64,000 nt of DNA from Candidatus Woesearchaeota archaeon. Lineage in GTDB: Archaea; Nanobdellota; Nanobdellia; SCGC-AAA011-G17; GW2011-AR18. The notes beneath the pieces were generated by a model. The model was not told the origin of the DNA. It did not search any database and worked only from the letters and a program-made list of their open reading frames with translations. The translations under genes and the position numbers were made by a program. How positions within the stretch are numbered: the first letter of the stretch is position 1; the number at the start of each line of letters is the position of its first letter. The stretch lies in contig JAGVZG010000002.1 in NCBI GenBank assembly GCA_018302765.1, positions 47,819 through 111,818 on the forward strand. The letters run 5' to 3'. Below are positions 29,029-38,403 of this stretch, in pieces.

Positions 29029-30223
29029 CTCTTTTCTTGTCTTCCAATCTTAAATTTATATCATTTAGCACATTCATGAAAGTTATGAATGAATCATATG
29101 GACTATCATAAGGATTAAAATATTTATGCACATCCCCATCCGCAAACCACTTAGTGCACATATAATAAAAGTGGTCGCTTGTCTGCATTTTGCGCCAAGC
29201 TTCTACAAGGTGCTTATTGCTATTTTTCTTTATAATTTTTTCTACATTGTATAATTTCTGCAGAGCTTCCTGCTGCATTTTGTTTCCAAGCCAGGCAGAA
29301 GTGTCTCTTTCCAGATCAGCCCATGAAATAAAATGAGGAATATCTATCTCGTCTCTAACTTTGTAGCTGTCTGCAACTTCAGAAGGAGTCTTAAAATTAT
29401 TGTCTGGATTTTTGAGCAACTCTTCAGGAAGTTTACCCATAAAATCAAATATTCCTGTTTCATGCCACTGATGTTCTCCAAGAGTTTCATAATCCATAAA
29501 AAGATTAACGCATTCACCATTTCCATTTATTGCACTTATCCATTGCGCATATCTGTCAGCTGTTAGAGGCCATTCTTCCCAGCTTCTTTCAGAAAATCTA
29601 AATGCAATGTCATCAGACAGCTTATAATTCTTTAATAATAATTTTATACTGCAATTCTTAGGTCTGTAAACAAAATTTGGACTTTTCCAACCTAAAACTC
29701 TCTCCCATCCTTCTGCCAATATTGCCTTGTAGCCCATACCTTCTATAAACTGTGCAAGCTCATTATTATAAATTAATTCAGTATTTCTAAAAACCCTTGG
29801 TTTATAACTGAATATGTCATTAATTTTTTCTTTATGGAGATTAACCTGCTCTTTAAACTCTTTTTTTGAATACAAAAAAGCCAAAGAATGATAGTATGTT
29901 TCAGACAGCAACTCTACTCTTCCTGTGTCAACCAATTTTTTAAAAGAGTCAATTACTTCTGGATAATATTTTTCAAGTTGCTCTAAAACAGTTCCTGACA
30001 AAGAGTAGCTTAATTTAAATTCTGGATGTCTTTTTAATAAATCCAGCATTAATTTATTTGCAGGAAGGTAAGACTTATTGGCTACTTTTCTTAGTACTGC
30101 TTCATTATTTAGCTTTAAATGATGTTTTTCCTCAAAATAATCACTAGAGCCTATGTCAAAAATACTATACTTTCTTAATCTAAACGGCTGGTGCACTTGA
30201 AAATAAAAGCAGACACTTACCAT
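29021..30223 (-). CDS. glycoside hydrolase family 57 (alpha-amylase type)
   Basis: FQVHQP, ETYYHSL, RNTELIY (nucleophile Glu), FMDYETLGEH, SWAD, TSDHFYYM. Confidence 0.9.
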   Translation of the reverse strand: MVSVCFYFQVHQPFRLRKYSIFDIGSSDYFEEKHHLKLNNEAVLRKVANKSYLPANKLMLDLLKRHPEFKLSYSLSGTVLEQLEKYYPEVIDSFKKLVDTGRVELLSETYYHSLAFLYSKKEFKEQVNLHKEKINDIFSYKPRVFRNTELIYNNELAQFIEGMGYKAILAEGWERVLGWKSPNFVYRPKNCSIKLLLKNYKLSDDIAFRFSERSWEEWPLTADRYAQWISAINGNGECVNLFMDYETLGEHQWHETGIFDFMGKLPEELLKNPDNNFKTPSEVADSYKVRDEIDIPHFISWADLERDTSAWLGNKMQQEALQKLYNVEKIIKKNSNKHLVEAWRKMQTSDHFYYMCTKWFADGDVHKYFNPYDSPYDSFITFMNVLNDINLRLEDKKRGD

Positions 30224-31422
30224 TGTCTTGCCTCATTATAAACTGTTATAACTTTTTTTGCAGGCTCATCAAGATTAAACTTATTTACTTCATTAAAGCC
30301 ATTGTTTTTTAATTCTTGATATAATACTTTGTATTTAAGCACAGAAACTATTTTGTTTGATAATTCATTAACGTCCCAAAAATCAACTTTAAGACAGTGT
30401 TTCAAAACCTCTGAAACCCCTGACTGCTTAGATATTATAACAGGAACATTGTTTTTCAGAGCTTCAAGTGCAACAAGACCAAAAGGCTCAGAAACAGAAG
30501 GCATAACAAATACATCTGCCAACTTAAAGACTTTGTAGACATCTCTTTTGCTAAACCAGCCTGTAAAATTAAACCTGTCAATAATACCAAGTTCGATTGC
30601 CCTGTTAATAATTCTTGGAAGCATATCTCCGCTACCAACAACAACAAATCTTGTGTCTGGCTCGTATTTTAGAACTTGGCTGGCAGCCTCAACAAAATAA
30701 TCAGGCCCTTTCTGCAATGTAACTCTGCCAACAAACATTACTATTTTAGTATTAAATGGCTTCTTGACTTCTAAATGATAATCAGGATCTTCTTCTTCTA
30801 TTCCCCAATGCACAACAGAAATTTTATTTGGTTCTATTCCATACTTTGAGACTAGAGTGTTTTTAATTTTATTACTTATAGCAATTATCTTGTCTGCATT
30901 TTCAAACCCCATTCTTTCTATTTGATATTCTATTTCATTTGGTTTTAAACTAGATCTATCAAAAACAGTATTATGTATATGTATTATCAATGGCTTGCCA
31001 GAAATTTCTTTGGCATTCATTCCTGCCTGATACGTCATCCAATCATGACAATGAATAACATCATGGTCATATTGTGATGCTAGTTGTGCTGCAGCTATAG
31101 AATATCTAATAACTTCTATATACAAGTTGTGTCCATATAAATCCCTAAGCCCAGACTTTAATTTTGCAATTCTTTCTTCATAGCTTTCAAATGTTGAGTA
31201 CTGAGTCAAAGTAGAATTAACAGGTATAATTGTAATATTAGCAATTGTATTTGCTCCAACCAATTTCACAAATTCTACTTTTTGATCTTCTGGCAAATAA
31301 GGAACAACAAAAGTAATATCCAAGCCGTTTCTTGCAAGTCCTTTAGTCAAAGCATAGCAGGCTGTACCTAAACCACCAGAAGTATATGGTGGAAACTCCC
31401 AACCGAACATCAAAACTTTCAT
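30217..31422 (-). CDS. GT4 glycosyltransferase (putative glycogen synthase-like)
   Basis: FGWEFPP...GGLG, HCHDWMT, GRVTLQKG, PSVSEPFGLVALEA. Confidence 0.85.
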   Translation of the reverse strand: MKVLMFGWEFPPYTSGGLGTACYALTKGLARNGLDITFVVPYLPEDQKVEFVKLVGANTIANITIIPVNSTLTQYSTFESYEERIAKLKSGLRDLYGHNLYIEVIRYSIAAAQLASQYDHDVIHCHDWMTYQAGMNAKEISGKPLIIHIHNTVFDRSSLKPNEIEYQIERMGFENADKIIAISNKIKNTLVSKYGIEPNKISVVHWGIEEEDPDYHLEVKKPFNTKIVMFVGRVTLQKGPDYFVEAASQVLKYEPDTRFVVVGSGDMLPRIINRAIELGIIDRFNFTGWFSKRDVYKVFKLADVFVMPSVSEPFGLVALEALKNNVPVIISKQSGVSEVLKHCLKVDFWDVNELSNKIVSVLKYKVLYQELKNNGFNEVNKFNLDEPAKKVITVYNEARQW

Positions 31423-32078
31423 GTTTTCTTATCGCAATCTTTATAGTTCTCCGTTTTTAATTTTGCAACATGATTCTTGCCTTGAGTAGTTAGCTCAAAA
31501 ATCCTTACATATTCAGAGCTAAATATTTCAGAAACAAATTTTTTTCCTATTAAATATGTCAAGTGCTTCTCCACTGTCCTCCAGTTTATACCTGAGTCAG
31601 TTGAGATTTGGTTTATGGTTTTTTTATCTTCAGCTATAGTCAAAATTATTAAATCCCTAATAACATTAAACGTTCTTTTTGGTTCTCTTGATTCTGGCTG
31701 TATATCAATAGATAAATAACTTACTTTTCTTAATATATCTGCTTGCTGTATTATTATTGAAACACCAATTACCAGATCATTTTTATACAATGGATTTGTG
31801 TTTAATATTAAGTCTAGTTCATTGCCTTCTTTGTCTTGCTTTTGAGTTCTAAAAGTAATTGCTTCTTTATTTCTTGTTTTATTTAATATTGTTTCTAGCT
31901 CATAACTAAATTTGTTTTTCACTAACGGGTATAATTTTCCTAAAACTTCTTTTCCTTCATAACCAAATATATCTTCTGCAGCCTTATTCCAAAATATGAC
32001 GTTGCCGTCTAGATCTAAAGCTATTATTATTTCCTTTGAATTTTTTACTATGTTCAAAACCAAATTTTCATCATACAA
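31419..32078 (-). CDS. PAS domain plus winged-HTH transcriptional regulator
   Basis: IIALDLDGNVIFWNKAAEDIFGY (PAS); KTINQISTDSGINWRTVEKHLTYL (wHTH). Confidence 0.75.
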   Translation of the reverse strand: MYDENLVLNIVKNSKEIIIALDLDGNVIFWNKAAEDIFGYEGKEVLGKLYPLVKNKFSYELETILNKTRNKEAITFRTQKQDKEGNELDLILNTNPLYKNDLVIGVSIIIQQADILRKVSYLSIDIQPESREPKRTFNVIRDLIILTIAEDKKTINQISTDSGINWRTVEKHLTYLIGKKFVSEIFSSEYVRIFELTTQGKNHVAKLKTENYKDCDKKT

Positions 32079-32228
32079 TTAAACCACCTCTAACAGAATT
32101 CTTAATATTAAAGACAAATTTTCCCCTCATTTTTAACATAAAAATAACATTAAAGATGCTATATAAATATTTCTTTTAGGCATAAGTTATGTTTATTTTA
32201 CAGTAAATCTTATAATTAAAATTTTGTT

Positions 32229-32606
32229 TTAGCTTTTATGCTTTAGAATATTTCTAATGCCTCCAGCAGGATTCAAAATATCACCATTATACCTAGGAAT
32301 TATGTGCAATATTAAATGATCTACAGTTTTTCCAGCTGCTTTCCCTTCATTAACCCCTATATTATAGCCATGAACAGAGAACTGATCATCCAATGTTTTC
32401 TTTAACTCTTTTAATAAATTATGATAATCTAAAACTTCATCTTCTTTTAGATCGAAAAAATAAGTCACATGTCTTTTTGCTATTAGCAGACAGTGCCCTA
32501 AACTTACTGGATTTATATCATATATTGCATAGAATGACTTGGTTTGCTTTAGAATTATTGTTTTATCATTCTTTAATCTGCAGAATAAACATTCATCCTC
32601 TTTCAT
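32229..32606 (-). CDS. HIT family protein (degenerate triad)
   Basis: CLFC, NPVSLGHCLLI, YNIGVN.G..AG; triad reads HLILH instead of HxHxH. Confidence 0.8.
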   Translation of the reverse strand: MKEDECLFCRLKNDKTIILKQTKSFYAIYDINPVSLGHCLLIAKRHVTYFFDLKEDEVLDYHNLLKELKKTLDDQFSVHGYNIGVNEGKAAGKTVDHLILHIIPRYNGDILNPAGGIRNILKHKS

Positions 32607-32721
32607 AATTTTTGTCCTCTAATAGTTAAGAAAAATTAATATGAAATGAAGAATCTAATTATTTAATGTCTATTGATTTATCTTTAATAAACCTTTTAAA
32701 TATTTGCAAAGTACTGAGTTT

Positions 32722-33423
32722 ATGCAAGAAGGACTATATTTAAGAGACTGTTATTTGAAAGAATTTGATGCTATTATAGAAAATGTAAAAGATGAAAAAT
32801 ATATAATTTTAGACAAAACTGCTTTCTATCCAGTAAGTGGCGGCCAACCCCATGACACTGGAAATATTGTTTGCAATGATCAAGAATATAACATTGTGTT
32901 TGTTGGAAAATTTGATGGAAAAATTTCACATGAAATTGATAAAGAAGGGTTGAAAGAAGGTGACAAAGTTCGTTGTATTATTAACTGGAATAGAAGATAT
33001 AAATTAATGAGAATGCATACAGCAGCACATATCCTAGATAGTGTAATTCATAATGAAAGCGGCGCTATGTTTACAGGAAATCAATTAGGAGAAGATAAAA
33101 GTAGACTTGATTTTAATTTAGAGAAATTTGACAGAGAAAAGATGAAAAGTTATATTGAAAAAGCTAATGAAGAAATAAATAAAAATAAAGACGTGAAAAT
33201 AACTTTTATGCCAAAAGATGAGGCTGAAAAGCTATCTATGTTACTAGACTGGGATTATGGCGATATGAAAGAACTTAGAGTAATAGAAATTGAAGGCATA
33301 GATAAACAACCTTGCGGCGGAACACATGTTAAAAACACATCTGAGATAAAAAGAATAGAATTTGTTTCTGTAGAAAATAAAGGCCAAGGAAGAAAAAGAC
33401 TTTACTTTAAACTGTCTGAATAA
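32722..33423 (+). CDS. alaXM: AlaX-M (AlaXp) trans-editing aminoacyl-tRNA deacylase
   Basis: LYLRDCY, FYPVSGGQPHD, HTAAH and CGGTH Zn motifs; ATG at 32722. Confidence 0.88.
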   Translation: MQEGLYLRDCYLKEFDAIIENVKDEKYIILDKTAFYPVSGGQPHDTGNIVCNDQEYNIVFVGKFDGKISHEIDKEGLKEGDKVRCIINWNRRYKLMRMHTAAHILDSVIHNESGAMFTGNQLGEDKSRLDFNLEKFDREKMKSYIEKANEEINKNKDVKITFMPKDEAEKLSMLLDWDYGDMKELRVIEIEGIDKQPCGGTHVKNTSEIKRIEFVSVENKGQGRKRLYFKLSE

Positions 33424-33492
33424 GTTGTGATTTTATTGTAAAATTATAATTGACGTACATAAATCTTTATAAAATGAAATTCCAAGGTTTTT

Positions 33493-36294
33493 ATGATGTT
33501 AGCCAAAAACGTAAGAGATCTAGATTCTATAATTCTTAAAGATACATCTCCAACAAGTGCATTAAGAAAGAATATTGGTAGTTATTTATTTTATATGTAC
33601 ACCAGAGATGTAAATGAGGGATTAATCCCAAGAGAAGCTTCTTTGGCTTTTGCATATAATTCTAATGGCTTAAATTTTAATGTATTTTTAGATACAGAAA
33701 TAGTAACAACAGGTTCAATTGAAATACCTAATGAAGAAATTGTTAAATTATTATCTAGAAAAGATTTTACCTTAGAATATGAAACACTAACTGACAAACC
33801 TGAGAAGTTAAGAATAAAAAAAATAAATGGCAGAGATGTTTTTCCTAATTCTAGAGAATTTAAAATTGATGACCTTGCTCCTTTGGGAGAAGGGGTCTTT
33901 CTAACTAATGATCTTATTGATCTTATAAAACAAGCAAGCAGAAGTTCTGATAATATTGAAATAAAAAAATCTGAAAAAAGAAAAATAGAAGCTGCATTTA
34001 ATACAAGTTTAGGTTATTATTCAATTTCCCCTGGAGACGATCTAAGTGTAAAAGCTGCAAAGTTTTTGGCTAATTTGAAAATTGAAGGATTATATGAAGA
34101 TAATAAATTAGTGTTTAATGAAAAAAAATATTCATTGGATCATATGATTACTGCTGTTGAAGGCAAAGAAGCTATAGGTGTATCAATTAATGGCAGAGAT
34201 GCTGAAATAAGAAAAGTTGTTGATTTGGAAAAGAAAAGGGGATTATTCCATCCAATTGTTGTACTATATCATATTCGTATACCTGAAGGAAGATCTTACA
34301 GCAAGAAGGAAGATATAATGAAAGCATTATATCTAGATGACCTTGGATTGGAGGCAATGATAAAACAAGGAAAAATAAAAAAATATGGTTCTGGTATTAA
34401 AAAATTGGCAATTATGGAACAACAAATAAAATTATACCATGATATTTGGGAATGGCTTGCAAGTAATAATTACGATGTTCCAGTTATAGGACAAATTACA
34501 GAACCTACTCAGGTTCAAGAAGTTGTAGTAGATCTTAATCGTAACAAATTAATTTTAGCTGACAAAAATTTTAGTTCAATAGCAAGCATAGTTTCTAATG
34601 ATATTTATTCTATGCCTGTCGCAATTGCAGGAAAATATGGATTTCCTAAGTTAACAACGGCAAGACTGTTATTAAAAAGAGATCATGCTGAAATATATAC
34701 TCAAAATGGTTTAGTAGGAACATTTAGAATTTCAAGAGAAAAATTAGATCATTATGGTATTTTGCAAGTTTCTTATATTCCTTCACATATAACAAGTACA
34801 ATAAATATAGGTGATATTATTGGTATTAATAAAATAAGTGGTGAAGAACTTTTAGTTTCTGCAGCGCAAAGATTTGGGGATAGAGAATCTAGGACGTTAG
34901 TAGAAGGTAGTGACAGAAGCAACATAGTAACTGAAGATTTGGCTGCAGTACCAGAAGAATACAAGAAAAAACAAATTACAGGTAGAAGTAATATCTGTAG
35001 ATCTTTAGGGATAGGTGATGCTGACTTAGCTAAAAAAAGAGAAGAATTAATTGGGAAAAAATTATTATATAGAGGCGATGATGGTTCTCTTTATGTTCTT
35101 GAAAGTGACATACCAGAACTTAAGAAATATTTTGGAATATCTGAATTAGTAAAAATTGCTTCGGCACCTGTAAAATCTATTTTGCCTGAAAGAAAAGAAG
35201 AGAGAACAGAAATACCTAGAAATGAGAAAAAACAAATTTATGATATACATAAACATGTTAAAGTTGGAACTATTGCTTATGACTTTAGTGCTTTCTATAC
35301 TGGCGATAATGATAATCCACACAAAGTTGCATTTGGGGTTATTGCAAGAAACTTTATTAGATTGCTAAAACAATATGATGAAGAAAAAGACCGAGATCTT
35401 ATATTTGTAGAAAAAAAAGATGTTGGTAAAATTGCAGAAATATTTAATGGAAGAATTGGTTTTGATATTAGTGATAAATTATCACAAGGAATATTTGCAT
35501 TTTATTCACTTCCGTCTATAGAGAAGATAAATGTAACTAAAAACCATATTAAAATAGATTTTGTGCTTGGAAATCAAGGTTTACATGAAAGCAATAAGGA
35601 TTTTTACTTTGCGCGTTATCATCTTGCATTAACTCTAAAGGATAAAATTAAACTTGATGGAAGTATGTATCCTGTAATAGAAAAGTCTCATGAAGCAGAA
35701 TTATATACTGAGATTAGTAAGTATTTAGGAAAAGAAATTTTGCCAATAAGAGAAAATCGTGGCATAAAAGAAAGATCAAGAAACCATAATGGGAAAATAG
35801 AATATAGAAATGCAAAAGAAAATATTATTATAAATGGCAAAGAAGATATAAAAACAGAAATTGAAAATGGCAGGCGCCTAGATCAAAACCCTGGTAAAAA
35901 ACCAATAACAACACAACCAAATTATACTGCTGCTATCCTTCAAGGAATAGAAGCAATGGTATTAGGAGAAAAATTTTATTTAGGAATGTCTAAGAGAGCT
36001 TTTGGAGGAGTTCTAGAAAAGGATTATGGTACGGGTCTTAATAATTATGTAAATGGATTACATAGATATGCAGAAGAAGTATGGGGAATAAAAGAGACTG
36101 AAAGGGACAAAACAGAAGATATTGAAGTTGCAGTTAGAGAAATAAAAGATGAATTAAAATTAGATGAGGAGAGTGCCTTAAGAGTATTAACTGATGAATT
36201 AAAAATAAAAGATAGTGTTGTACCTAGAACAAATTTAATGATTTATATAGCAAGAGTAAAATATATTATGTCTAATAATGCAATAATTGTGTAA
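33493..36294 (+). CDS. large hypothetical protein (933 aa)
   Basis: Long uninterrupted ORF; no motif recognised. Confidence 0.65.
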   Translation: MMLAKNVRDLDSIILKDTSPTSALRKNIGSYLFYMYTRDVNEGLIPREASLAFAYNSNGLNFNVFLDTEIVTTGSIEIPNEEIVKLLSRKDFTLEYETLTDKPEKLRIKKINGRDVFPNSREFKIDDLAPLGEGVFLTNDLIDLIKQASRSSDNIEIKKSEKRKIEAAFNTSLGYYSISPGDDLSVKAAKFLANLKIEGLYEDNKLVFNEKKYSLDHMITAVEGKEAIGVSINGRDAEIRKVVDLEKKRGLFHPIVVLYHIRIPEGRSYSKKEDIMKALYLDDLGLEAMIKQGKIKKYGSGIKKLAIMEQQIKLYHDIWEWLASNNYDVPVIGQITEPTQVQEVVVDLNRNKLILADKNFSSIASIVSNDIYSMPVAIAGKYGFPKLTTARLLLKRDHAEIYTQNGLVGTFRISREKLDHYGILQVSYIPSHITSTINIGDIIGINKISGEELLVSAAQRFGDRESRTLVEGSDRSNIVTEDLAAVPEEYKKKQITGRSNICRSLGIGDADLAKKREELIGKKLLYRGDDGSLYVLESDIPELKKYFGISELVKIASAPVKSILPERKEERTEIPRNEKKQIYDIHKHVKVGTIAYDFSAFYTGDNDNPHKVAFGVIARNFIRLLKQYDEEKDRDLIFVEKKDVGKIAEIFNGRIGFDISDKLSQGIFAFYSLPSIEKINVTKNHIKIDFVLGNQGLHESNKDFYFARYHLALTLKDKIKLDGSMYPVIEKSHEAELYTEISKYLGKEILPIRENRGIKERSRNHNGKIEYRNAKENIIINGKEDIKTEIENGRRLDQNPGKKPITTQPNYTAAILQGIEAMVLGEKFYLGMSKRAFGGVLEKDYGTGLNNYVNGLHRYAEEVWGIKETERDKTEDIEVAVREIKDELKLDEESALRVLTDELKIKDSVVPRTNLMIYIARVKYIMSNNAIIV

Positions 36295-36442
36295 ATTCTA
36301 AAATTTTTTTTAATAATTTTTATTGAAGTACTAGGCTGAAATTATCTTAAATTACATATTACTACACAATAGAAACAACAAATATAAATAAGTATTTTTA
36401 AAACACAATAAATTATATAAAATAGCTTATAACTGTAAAATC

Positions 36443-37888
36443 ATGCAAAAAAAGGATTTAAAGGGTATAACAATAAAAAAAGATGATGACTTCTCTGAAT
36501 GGTATAGCCAACTATTGCAAAAAGCAGATTTGATAGAATACACAGATGTTTCAGGCTGCTATATTCTAAAACCCAGATCTTATGCTATATGGGAGATAGT
36601 TCAGACTTATTTAGACAAAAAATTCAAAGATTCAGGCGTAAAAAATGTTTATTTTCCATTATTCATACCAGAGCATCTGCTAACAAAAGAAGCAAAACAT
36701 TTTGCAGGCTTCACTCCAGAAGTTGCATGGGTTACAGAAGCAGGCAGTACAAAACTAAGTGAAAGACTAGCAATAAGACCAACTTCTGAAACAATAATGT
36801 ACAATGCTTATGCAAAATGGATTAGAAGCTATAAAGACCTGCCTTTAAGGCTAAATCAATGGTGTAACGTGGTCAGATGGGAATTTAAGCATAGCACGCC
36901 TTTTTTAAGATCCAGAGAATTCTTATGGCAAGAAGGCCATAGCGCATTTTCAACAAAGCAAGAAGCTGAGAAAGAAGCACTGGAAATGTTAAATTATTAT
37001 GCTGAAACATATGAAGATATGTATGCTGTTCCTGTAATAAAAGGAAGAAAATCCAAGAAAGAGAAATTTGCAGGGGCAGAATATACGTTAAGCATAGAAA
37101 CACTCCTACCTAATGGAAAGGCAATACAGTGCGCAACCAGCCATTACTTGGGTCAAAATTTTTCAGAAGCATTTAATATAAGATTTATAGACAAAGATGA
37201 AAAAACAAAGTTAGTTCACCAAAATTCATGGGGCTTTTCAACAAGATCAATAGGAATTATGCTAATGATGCATTCTGATGATAAAGGTCTTGTTATTCCG
37301 CCAAATGTTGCAGAGAATAAATTAGTTATTGTACCTATATTGATAGATAAAGAAAAAGAAAAAATACTAAAAGCCTGCAATGATGTCGCTAAATTGCTAA
37401 AAGAATTTAATCCAATAATTGATGATAGAGAAGAGTATACTCCGGGCTGGAAATTTAATGACTGGGAATTAAAAGGTATTCCACTAAGAATTGAGATTGG
37501 TCCTAAAGATATAGCAAAAGACAGTGTTGTTGTTGTTACAAGACATGACAATAAGAAATCATCTGTAAAAATAAAATCCTTAAAAAATGAAGTTGGCATT
37601 TCATTAGAAAAAATGCAGAAAGATTTATTTGAGAAGGCAAAAAAATATATTAAAAATAATATTATTGTAGTTAATAACTGGAAAGAATTTGAAAAAGCTG
37701 TAAAAGAAAAGAAGCTAGTAAAAGCGAACTGGTGCGATACTATGAATTGCGAAGAAGATATAAAGAATAAAAGCGATGGCGCAAAATCATTAGTAATCCC
37801 GTTAGACGAGCCTGAATTAAAAGGCAAGAGATGCTTTAATTGCGGTAAAGAAGCTTCTTTTGTCTGCTACTTTGGAAAGAGCTACTAA
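36443..37888 (+). CDS. proS: proline--tRNA ligase (archaeal/eukaryotic type)
   Basis: DFSEWY, IRPTSET, LNQWCNVVRWE, FLWQEGH, QNSWG, LRIEIGPKD, C-terminal Zn-binding Cys, ends KSY. Confidence 0.96.
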   Translation: MQKKDLKGITIKKDDDFSEWYSQLLQKADLIEYTDVSGCYILKPRSYAIWEIVQTYLDKKFKDSGVKNVYFPLFIPEHLLTKEAKHFAGFTPEVAWVTEAGSTKLSERLAIRPTSETIMYNAYAKWIRSYKDLPLRLNQWCNVVRWEFKHSTPFLRSREFLWQEGHSAFSTKQEAEKEALEMLNYYAETYEDMYAVPVIKGRKSKKEKFAGAEYTLSIETLLPNGKAIQCATSHYLGQNFSEAFNIRFIDKDEKTKLVHQNSWGFSTRSIGIMLMMHSDDKGLVIPPNVAENKLVIVPILIDKEKEKILKACNDVAKLLKEFNPIIDDREEYTPGWKFNDWELKGIPLRIEIGPKDIAKDSVVVVTRHDNKKSSVKIKSLKNEVGISLEKMQKDLFEKAKKYIKNNIIVVNNWKEFEKAVKEKKLVKANWCDTMNCEEDIKNKSDGAKSLVIPLDEPELKGKRCFNCGKEASFVCYFGKSY

Positions 37889-37944
37889 GAATACATAAAC
37901 TGAGCTTTAATAAAATTTAAATATTAATAAAATACCACTATTGT

Positions 37945-38394
37945 ATGGCAACACTTGATGATGCAGAAGGTTTTCTAGTTGGCGTTGAAAATACAGTAAA
38001 AGAACTGGGAGAAAAATACAACAGCAAACAAAGCGAAAGAGTGTTATCCAGTCATGTTTGGATGTCTGACTACATAGATGGCATGGTTAAGAACAAGGTA
38101 AATCGTTTAAGAGATGCTTTAACAACATTGAAGGATAAACATGTTGGAGAATTTAGATCAGTTACACAATTTGATGCTATAATAACTTTCTGTAATGACA
38201 TTAGCAAATTATTAAATGATATTAATACACTTTACAGAATGAGATCAAATTATGTAGATATAAAACTAAAATTTCAGTACAATCTTCCACAAATAGAAGA
38301 CAAAATAAAACATATGAGAAACAGATTTAATATAATAAAAGGACAGTTAACAAAAAAAACATTTGAGTATGAAGAAGATACTGACTGGTTCTAA
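37945..38394 (+). CDS. hypothetical protein
   Basis: 149-aa helical ORF; no motif. Confidence 0.5.
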   Translation: MATLDDAEGFLVGVENTVKELGEKYNSKQSERVLSSHVWMSDYIDGMVKNKVNRLRDALTTLKDKHVGEFRSVTQFDAIITFCNDISKLLNDINTLYRMRSNYVDIKLKFQYNLPQIEDKIKHMRNRFNIIKGQLTKKTFEYEEDTDWF

Positions 38395-38403
38395 GTGATT
38401 TTT

